The notes beneath the pieces are model-generated. The model saw only the letters and a list, made by a program, of their open reading frames with translations. It did no database searches and was not told the DNA's origin. A stretch of 64,000 bases of DNA from IMG/VR virus record IMGVR_UViG_3300045988_154156. One strand, given 5' to 3'. This DNA is from a virus. The translations under genes were made by a program, and so were the position numbers. How positions within the stretch are numbered: the stretch's first letter is position 1; each line of letters opens with the position of its first letter. Below are positions 61,401 through 64,000 of the stretch, one piece after another.

Positions 61401-63699
61401 CATTACTATTTTGTTCTTTATAATAATAAGTTTTATATTTTAATTCTTCAGATGTTGGATTACATACCGTATATTGATAACCATTAGAAGCTGGATAAAT
61501 ATCCCAATAAACATCTTGAATCTAAGTTAATTGTTTATCATTACCATATAATTGATAAGGTTCTTTAGAAAAAACAGCTTCACCATCACTTAAATAAATT
61601 ACCTAAGTGGGTCCATTAATATAGCTTCCTTGTCCAGAAGTAATCGGAATAGGATAATAAGCAGTTAATAAATAATTACCCCAATTCTATAATGTTACTG
61701 ATAAAATATACATTTTATTCATTAATGAATTTTTATTTAATACTGCGAATGTGATTTCATTAGATTTACCAGCTATAGTCTTTAAATTTACATTAGGATC
61801 ATCTACATTTAAAGACCATATACAATTATAACCACTTAAATCTATTTCTTTACCAGTATTATCATATAAAGAAGCTCTAAATTTATAATCTTTAACTTCT
61901 CCAGAAGTAATAGCAACAATTGGGTTACCAACTTGATCATCAACTAAATCAATAACTAAAGTACAATCAGTACCATTCGTGCCAGCTTGCCCAAATGTAA
62001 ATTCTTTTTTAGCTGTATATTCAACATTATCGCGTTTAATTTTCGCAATAACTATATTATTTGATTTATTCGCACTATAAAAATTATTTACTTTATATTT
62101 AACTATAAAATCTTTATCATTAGGATTATTAGATTTTATCTAATAATAATTATTATCATAATCTGTTAAAGTCTATCCTTCTAAAGCAAAAGACATCATA
62201 CTATTTTTTGGCAACAACCATAATACTTCTTGCGCTTCAGTTAATTGACTTTCATTTTCACTATTATTTTCCGTCCCATAAGTTTTAGAATTAAAATATA
62301 ACTACATAGAACGAACAATTTTATTATCGACAGTATTTAATAAATAATTTGCCTAATCATAAATTAAATAATTACCATTAGTACCATCAATGCAATGAAT
62401 AGATAAAGCATTTAAAACATCAACTGTTGCATCATTAGGTACTAGCATATCATTATTAAAAGTAATTATATTGCTGTAATAATATTTATTATTATATCTA
62501 ATAATAACTTTATATCGCTCATCCTGCTTTTCCGTCCGAGGAGTAAATTCATAATTAAACTAATTAGTATTATCTACGAATGTCCAATAAACACCACAGC
62601 GTTCATCCGCAGATGGCGCTCCAAAATCATATCTATACCATAGAATTTCTGCGCCCGCAGGCAATCTACTAATTTGAGATTTATTATTATCATCATCAAA
62701 ATGAATCCATTTTAAATGAATAGATTTTTTACTAACCTAACCATTAATAACTTTATAATTTAATCCATCATTGGTATAAAGTCTTAAAAATTCTCCATTT
62801 ATTTCATCTAAACCAATACCAAGACTAAAATAAATATTTTTTACAAATATATTATTTGGCAAAACAGAGGTAATACCAGTAGTTCCCTCCGTTAATTGAG
62901 TAGGTATTTTCTTATTATTTTTATCATAAAAATTATCATCTTGATATAAAAACACCTAAACTTTGTCTATGCGTGCAAGAGCGCTAATATCAATAACTAT
63001 TTCCTAAGAATAATATCCTTCAAAATTATATGGATTACCATACATATCTGAAGTATCTAATCTTACTTTATAAGTGCTAGTGGTAGAATTAAATTTTTCC
63101 GCAGTAGTTTCTTTTACTCCAGTAATAGCAATTTCTAAACCATAGTTACCTTGAACAGTACCTAACTCTTGAAGCCATGCTCTAAAATCTGCGCGCAATC
63201 CTAACCGTGTAAAACCTTGACAACTAGATGAAATTTTTATTCCATTATTATTCGAATCCTCTTCGTCTATTGGAGTAATTTCAATAAATCTTTCATCGCC
63301 ATTAGCAAGAATACTCCATAAAGGTTTATTATTCTAACCAGCAATAAACATATTACCAGTTAAATCAACAAAAGTATTAAAAGGATTTACATAATTATAT
63401 GGCTTATCCTAATCTTTATCTTCTTTTTTACCAACTATAAATTTAGTATTATTAAAATCACCTTTAGGGATTTGAACATATACTCTGTTATTTTTATTAT
63501 AAGTAGTAATTTGGGAGAAAGCATCAAATTCAGAATATGATTCATTCTTTACTCTATATTGCCCTTTTAATTTATTACTATCATCAATAATCGTACATTC
63601 AATAGTATTATCATAAGTAATCTTATCAACTGCCGATTTGGCAATAATAGATATAGCTTCGCATATATTTTCCTGAATATTTGTAGCATTATCAGCCAA
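58453..63699 (-). CDS. Giant tail spike/fibre (about 1,748 aa) with C-terminal intramolecular chaperone auto-processing (peptidase S74-like) domain
   Basis: RBS AAGGAGGG plus TTG start. Five long ORF fragments are all in one frame to TAA 58453-58455. C-terminus …VKSDKRLKTNISYNHINDYKKLFSELKPVSYKYKL…LGFIA(TAG)DIENIL… matches S74 motifs SDKRLKxNI and GFIAQE. About 50 TAG. Confidence 0.6.
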
Positions 63700-63780
63700 A
63701 ATAATCCCTCCTTTTACTCATTATTCTATAAATTAGTGAAAAATTGTCCTACTTTATTAAATATATCTACCCAAAAAGAA

Positions 63781-63815
63781 AAAGGTGAGATCCATTAAGA
63801 ATCTCACCTTCATTT
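63781..63815 (-). terminator. Intrinsic terminator (AAGGTGAGAT-loop-ATCTCACCTT) with a T-rich tail on the - strand
   Basis: 10-bp stem; follows the partial gene that ends at 63817. Confidence 0.65.
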
Positions 63816-63816
63816 T

Positions 63817-64000
63817 ATTTACGATTAGCATATTGCGAAGCTACATTAATTAATGTGTTAAATGCTTCTTGAATTTCATTCCTATCAGTTACGTTCGGGA
63901 AGCTAGCATCAATATGAACCTATTGTTCTAATATATCATTACCAGTTCCAAAAGTGCTATAAATTGGATTAATTGGCATTGTAGTATATCTACTGCGCAA
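63817..64000 (-). CDS. 3' end of a CDS entering from beyond the window (…IQEAFNTLINVASQYANRK*)
   Basis: Open frame from the window edge to TAA 63817-63819; 2 TAG. Confidence 0.35.

Noticed and set aside
1-64000. Massive ORF fragmentation read as pseudogenisation or a degraded prophage
   Set aside because: All interrupting stops are TAG. Frames are maintained across them for up to 7.8 kb. Conserved catalytic motifs continue across the breaks, and three motifs place TAG at invariant Gln. This indicates recoding, not decay.

Overview
This 64 kb window reads as part of a large, AT-rich (about 70% AT) virulent-type phage genome or jumbo-phage fragment. It has two convergent and divergent gene blocks.

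**Plus-strand block (1-22.7 kb).** This is a replication and nucleotide-metabolism block carrying a Sak4-like ATPase, DnaB helicase, DnaG-like primase, RecJ-like DHH exonuclease, RecD/Dda-like helicase, DnaE, a dNMP kinase, anaerobic RNR NrdD/NrdG, dUTPase and a RuvC-like resolvase.

**Minus-strand block (22.7-64 kb).** This is a lysis and virion block. It carries an LL-H-type holin and several giant tail-fibre or adhesin genes of 1,345, 1,748 and about 2,591 codons. One of these has a C-terminal S74 intramolecular-chaperone domain.

**TAG recoding.** Almost every gene is interrupted by in-frame TAG codons, and only TAG; TAA and TGA still terminate. Reading frames are preserved across the interruptions and conserved motifs span them. 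TAG falls on the invariant Gln of the helicase GDxxQLPP motif, of the S74 GFIAQ motif and of the holin ATNQTYV motif. The element therefore uses an amber-to-Gln recoded genetic code (code 15-like). TAG is nearly absent from some genes, such as DnaE and the dNMP kinase, and very dense in virion genes.

**Other notable content.**
- Three radical-SAM/SPASM maturase-like genes. Two sit in tandem inside the tail-fibre operon, directly upstream of a tail protein that carries tandem DTPYRDYD repeats.
- An orphan AgrA-like LytTR response regulator. It is transcribed divergently from a small TAG-containing operon that includes an ImmA-like HExxH peptidase.
- Three near-identical sigma-A promoters of the form TTGAyk-N17-TGnTATAAT.
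- Several strong intrinsic terminators, including a tandem duplicated one.

Strong Shine-Dalgarno sites and nrdDG suggest an anaerobic low-GC Firmicutes host. No suppressor tRNA or release factor could be recognised by eye. All coordinates were derived by hand and may be off by a few bases.
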